Below are positions 58,941-64,000 of a stretch of 64,000 bases of DNA, in pieces; the stretch's first letter is position 1; each line of letters begins with the position of its first letter. The DNA comes from Rhizodiscina lignyota. Lineage: Eukaryota. The stretch spans positions 248,001-312,000 of the forward strand of contig ML978128.1 in assembly GCA_010015805.1 (NCBI GenBank). Reading direction: 5' to 3'. The notes below the pieces were generated by a model, which had not been told where the DNA came from, searched no databases, and saw only the letters and a list, made by a program, of their open reading frames with translations. Both the position numbers and the translations under genes were made by a program.

Positions 58941-61447
58941 TCATGAATCATTCATTTCATAGTCCTCATCTTCCATGTCCCCATTTCCCCCGTTCTCCGC
59001 CTCACTATCCCCATCCAACTCTTCCAACCCTCTGCACTCTTTTTCTGCTTCACCCTCAATGAACTCCTCGTAACCCAGGAGCGACTCCTGAATGTGGACC
59101 TTGAACTTGACCACATCGTTGAGGATGCGCTCGATCTCGGTGTGGAGTTCTTCTCGGAGCGCTGCGGCGCGCTGCTTAAGTTGGTCGTACCTAGTAGCGT
59201 CATTAGAATGCTGAAACGACTGAGATGAGCGGAAGGATTAGCGTACTCAAGATCTGTATTCGTCTCCCTTTGTTCCATCAACAGCACGCTCTCGTTCAAG
59301 CCTGCTCTCATCTTTGCAAGCTCCTTCTCCATCTTTTCTATCTGCGCATCGGACGCCATTTTCTGGGCATTGCTGATCTAAGAATAAGCGTTAGCAAACT
59401 TCCCTTCATACATGATACAACCATGTTATAATACCTCACGAGTCTTTTCGAACTCTTCCTCCGCTGCCCTGACTTTATGATCCAAGGCCGCCACTTCAGC
59501 TTTCATATCATCGATGGCTTCTGTGGCTTTGTCAAGAAGATCATGATTGTTCATGTCCTGCTCGAGAGCCGCGTTTCTTCTTTCACTGATCTCCTTTCTG
59601 AGCGTCAGGATACTGTTCTTCACGGCGCCTTTCAAATCCAAATTGAGCAGATGCTGTGGCTGGTATCCTGACGTCGGGTCTGCAAGCAAGCGATCTGAAG
59701 CCTCGGTGCCCTGGGAGCTACCCATCTGTGACGACGAAAAGTTTGGTCCTTCATTTACGTTGAGAACGAGTTCGTAATTCTGGCCCTTCGCGTTGTCTGC
59801 AGTAGAGGGAATGATGCCAACCTCGTAACCGAGCGAGTTGTAGTTTTGAATGGATCGCTCTAGTTCCTCTAATTTCTGCGATGCTTCGCCCTCTTTCTCT
59901 GCTGCTTTCGTTTTAATTTCTTCGAGTCTTTGGCTTGCGGACTCTACACCTTTCTGAAGTCGTTCACGATCAGAATTCATGCGATCGATGTCATTGATCG
60001 TGATCCCTTGCGCGTCGACGCTCTGTTGCATCTCTTGCCGTTCTCCCTCCGCCTCTTCTAGTTCTTTCTCCACTTTCTCGAGCTCTTCCTCGATGAGTTT
60101 CATCCTTGTCTGATATTTCTCCATTCTGCCCTGCATCTGTTCATTGTATTGCTCGAACTTCGTCTGATCAGATTCAAGCGTCTTAATGATCTCATCCAAT
60201 CTCCTGCCTTTTTCTCCAGCCCTCCCCAGTTCTTCGATCTGGTCACTGAGTGCCTTGCTTTCTGCTTCGAGCATTTTGACTTGGTCGAGATGTTGTTTAT
60301 TGGCGTCCTCGAATCGCGTAGCCATAGTTTCAACATGCGGCTTTATCAGTTCTTCTGCATTGTCATCGTCGTCATCATCCACGCTTAACCATTCGCGATA
60401 CGCATCGGTGAGAAACTGGAAGATGATTCGATCCGCACCGACATCAAAGCCCGACTCTGCAGCCGCATCATCGTAATACCCTTGTGCGTACTTCTCCGTC
60501 ATCTGAGCAAGCTGCATCATCCAATGTAGCAGCCCAAGAAAAGTATGCCAATTGTTGCCTCCGACAGCCGCGATCTGGCTCTTCATGATGCTCTTTTCAA
60601 ATGGATAGCGCATCTGCTTCAGCAACGGCGGGACCTCTTGATCGATATTCTTCTGAAATCGGTATGCAGGGTCGAGCCGATGATATAGCCACTGGAACAT
60701 CATGTTGAAGTCTTTCTGCGTCGGACTCGTCATTGCCTTTGCCGAGAGATTGTGCTTCGACTCCATCTCGAAGTTATTGTGCGTCAGATATTCCACCAGC
60801 TCCTGCCCCATCTGCGCCCTGACCGACGCGTCTTTCAGCCGTCTCGGGTCCACTGGCACAGTTGCAGGCGCTGGCCCTGTCGTGAAGAAAGACTGGTGCC
60901 CCACCACTGGCCCATTGCCTGACGGGCGTGAACTATACACACTACTCCGCCGCTGCGCACTTGCATCCATACCTTGTGACGATATCACAGGCGCTGGCGT
61001 CGACATGCCGAAGCCCGTAGGCGCGTAAGACTTGCGCGCCGCACCCGTGCTGTTGCGCTGGACAGAAGCCATGCCCATGCCCGCGAGATTGTCGCCTGAC
61101 GAGGAGCGCTGGAAGATAGGTTGACTTGGTCGCCCAGGCGCGAAAGACATGCGCGAGCCTGAAGTTGAGCGGACGTGCGTCTTGCCGCCTGTAAGTGGTG
61201 CTTGAGGGAGGTTCGTGTGTGAGGTGGAGCGTTTCATCGCAGATGGGGGCATTGGAATCGCGGAGATATTGCCATTGATACCGCCGAGTGTCTACACGGG
61301 CTTGTCAGTTGAGTGATGCAAATTCACGCTTGAATGCGCTGAGGGTCGCGCATGCGTAGCACGCGATGAAGTTGAAAATGGGAAAGATCGAGTCGCACTC
61401 ACCTCGCGCGGTCGGCGCACTGAGAAGAGGCCTTGATCTTGCGACAT
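58941..61447 (-). CDS. NDC80: Kinetochore protein Ndc80/Hec1, 4 exons
   Basis: [15 protein letters not shown] exon 1; [51 protein letters not shown]; long coiled coil; [12 protein letters not shown] in the last exon. Confidence 0.95.
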
Positions 61448-61566
61448 GACGCAAAATTTACAGCCTTAAAGCTGCTAGGTTAATTTATATCTCACAGTTG
61501 AAGAATGCGTGGTCCGCGAAGTTCAGTTTTGGGACGAGTGATAGTGAGTGATGTTGTTGATTGTTT

Positions 61567-61573
61567 TGTTTAC
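61567..61573 (-). promoter_or_regulatory. Candidate forkhead site (GTAAACA) about 120 bp upstream of NDC80
   Basis: TGTTTAC on the + strand; fits cell-cycle regulation of a kinetochore gene but is a single 7-mer. Confidence 0.3.
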
Positions 61574-61789
61574 AGTCGAAGTTGAAAATCAGCCGAGCAA
61601 CAACAACAAAAGGGCCGTGCGCGGAGACAGTATAGGCCCTCCCCATTCCATATAATTAAGACTCCGTACTTCCTGCCCCTTCTTGAATCACTTAAATTAG
61701 GCCCTGAACCTCACTCCGGCCTATACCAACTGCTTCAAGCATGCAATCTTCATAGAATGGCCAGCAAACCAAAGCGCAGCTGAAACTCC

Positions 61790-63017
61790 CTAGAGAATCA
61801 CACAACATCCAGGCTCCTTCGAACGTTGCGGAGACGTCACCGCGCCCACATACATCAGCATGGCCCCAGTTTCCGTGTTTGTTCTCTGGTTCTGGTCTCT
61901 AAAGACTTGTACGGCGGTAATCTGTTTCACGCCAAGGTCTCGTTTGTGCGAAATGACTAGATCGCGCGCCGTCAGGTCGCTGAGATCGTTGCAAGAGCTG
62001 AGGGATACTTACGGAACCAAGCTGGTGCCCTGCCAACCGGAGTTGCTATGAATGGTGCCGCCCAGTGGATATGCTTACTGATGATCATCTTCTGGTTTCG
62101 TTCAGAGCTCCACTCTGGAATTTGATCGTCGGGCCAGTTGTATCTGTACTGTGCCATATGCTGGAAAGCGATATTGTTGACGTGCCAAATCACGAAATAT
62201 TTGATCTTCCGGATACAGCCAGCATTGTTATTGCACTGATGCTGCCATTCAATCCATGTAACGTCCGACCATTGCTTGATGTGTTCTGGGAGCTGCGGAT
62301 TAGGGGCGATTGGTTCGCGGTGGGTCATCATGTAGGCGGGGCCGTAGGCAAGAATCATGATTATGATGCCTTCTTCCGTATTGAAATAGTTCAGGTACTG
62401 CGCTTGTGTTCCTGTCCATTTGCCGTCTGACTATTTCCTTCCGTCAGCAGTGCCCGCGAGGTCGGGAACGGCGAGCATACAGTCTGCGTGCCTTTGTGCT
62501 TCCAAAGCACTGGCGTGTACTGGTCATTACTGGTGGACTGCTCAAGCGATTGCAGCATGCCGGAGAACATGTCAACGTTGACAAATAAATTATTTGTCTG
62601 CCGAACCCATCCGTCGGCTTCGAGTTGCTGAAATGAGTCCCACTGGCTTTGCGTGTTCGTTTCCCTTCCCTTCAAATTTGCGTACAGATTGCCATTGCCG
62701 TCTAACCTCTCTTGCATGAGGCAAATCAGCTCTTTACCCTGTGTACTGAGGCCTTTCCGCTCTTGGCTATACTGGTCGCGCTTTGACAGCGATGTCGAGT
62801 CTTCAGAGACCGAGGAGGTGTTCGACTCAGTGTGATGGGCCTGACGAGGGAATTTGGTATTGACATCGAGGCCCAATCCATTTGCAGGTCGACCATCTTT
62901 GTCCCGATCACCGTGAGAATCAGCTTGTACGCCAACACTTAGAGAGAGTGCAGTCCATGATACGACCACGGCGACGAAGAAGACGACCAACCAAGACAGC
63001 AGTCTGGAAATTCGCAT
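61790..63017 (-). CDS. Uncharacterised 373-aa protein: signal peptide/anchor, LSKR Kex2-like site, WSD-motif domain, C-terminal CCVIL
   Basis: Exons 63017-62481, 62430-62013, 61956-61790 total 1122 nt in frame; canonical GTATGC and GTAAGT donors, CTGAC branch sites, TAG acceptors; colinear with the neighbouring paralogue. Confidence 0.85.
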
Positions 63018-63525
63018 TTGTGAAAGGAATTGGCAAATGAAGTATGCGGTGAGGAGAGATGAAGTCAATGAAGGACCGAGAAGTCAAGCGTCGACAGTTG
63101 AAAGTTTGAAACAGACCCGAAAACAGAGTCGTTTAAATAAGTAGCAGTGTCAGAGGGTCCGAGGAACGTTGTCACTACCTTCATTATAAGGTTGGACAAG
63201 TACAATAGAAGCAGTTTCGTCATAAAACTGTGTCCGCGGAGCAAAGTGAAGATATCTCGATGTCCCATATGAGGGCGAATGCAATGACGCAACACAACAG
63301 AGAGAATGCCTTGGGTTTTCCAAAAGGAGTGTCTTCTGCAAATACAGTATTATGGAAGAACCTGTCCTCGGCAGTCCCTGAGCCAAAGAGACAAATATCC
63401 CAAACCAGCGGAGAAAATTAACCAACTTGTCCCGTAGCCTCATGCATGATCCACTAAACATAGGTCGAAAAGACCTGAGTATGTTCCCGCACGTACAGCC
63501 CATCAGCTCTGACTACCGATATAGG

Positions 63526-64000
63526 TTACAGAATAACACAGCGTGTCGAGCCATCCAGGTACCTCAGTCTTTTCCGGCCTTCCGTAACGTCCTCCACGTA
63601 AAGGAGCATGCTGGCAGTGTCGGTGTTTGCGGTTGTCCCTTGGTGTCTAAATATTCGAATACCGGTTATTTCCTTCTTCCCAAGAGTGTCTTTGTTGCTA
63701 ATCAAGAACCAAGCTGGACCGCGACCAATAGGACTTGCAAGCATCCGTTTACCGAAAGCATCATCAGTGGAAACGTAGGTAGACTGTCCCCAGGTAGGGA
63801 ATGCCCAAGATTCAGACGCGGGATTGAAATATTTCGGTTTTGCAAGCTCTCGCCAATATTCATTCTGGATGTCGTGGACGAGGAAGTACTTGATTTTCTG
63901 AATTGTGTTGATCTGATTGTCACACTGGCCCTTCCACTCAACCCAAGCGATATCCGACCATCTCTGGATTTCCGGCAATTCTGGATGCGAAACACCGGCG
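63526..64000 (-). CDS. 3' part of a tandem paralogue of the 61790-63017 gene, ending RKRLRYLDGSTRCVIL; 5' end lies outside the window
   Basis: LPEIQRWSDIAWVEW...IQKIKYFLVHDIQN...SPIGRGPAWFLISNKDTLGKKEITGIRIFR...MLLYV aligns with LPEHIKQWSDVTWIEW...IRKIKYFVIWHVNN...TPVGRAPAWFLISHKRDLGVKQITAVQVFR...MLMYV. Confidence 0.85.
   Translation of the reverse strand, partial: AGVSHPELPEIQRWSDIAWVEWKGQCDNQINTIQKIKYFLVHDIQNEYWRELAKPKYFNPASESWAFPTWGQSTYVSTDDAFGKRMLASPIGRGPAWFLISNKDTLGKKEITGIRIFRHQGTTANTDTASMLLYVEDVTEGRKRLRYLDGSTRCVIL

Noticed and set aside
1..64000. tRNA, rRNA, riboswitch, or intact transposase/reverse transcriptase
   Set aside because: No cloverleaf, rRNA, TPP-aptamer, DDE or YxDD signatures recognised by eye; a covariance-model search would be needed to exclude small RNAs

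Overview
Gene-dense, intron-containing genomic DNA of a filamentous ascomycete (Pezizomycotina; inferred from gene content and short GT-AG introns with CTRAY branch sites). About 28 protein-coding genes can be modelled by hand. Most are housekeeping: ABZ1, SEC22, SNRNP27, CWH41, ELP5, CWC21, CDC123, LAA1/HEATR5, TACO1, PET100, COG1, a YAT1/FacC carnitine acetyltransferase, RAD57 and NDC80. Accessory genes include an AA9 LPMO, an MFS + metallo-beta-lactamase + SDR trio, a methyltransferase and an MDR oxidoreductase. No rRNA, tRNA, CRISPR or intact transposon was recognised. Two observations stand out. (1) A cryptic, diverged array of about 12 units with a 55-bp period at 52053-52710; its substitutions look codon-like (18-aa unit TAVILNPRYSEQMLDGLx), yet most units carry one extra base that breaks the frame. 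(2) A tandem pair of paralogous uncharacterised proteins at the right end that both end in a CaaX prenylation box (CCVIL and CVIL), while the complete copy also has a signal peptide and a Kex2-type site. All family assignments come from motif recognition by eye; no database search was run.
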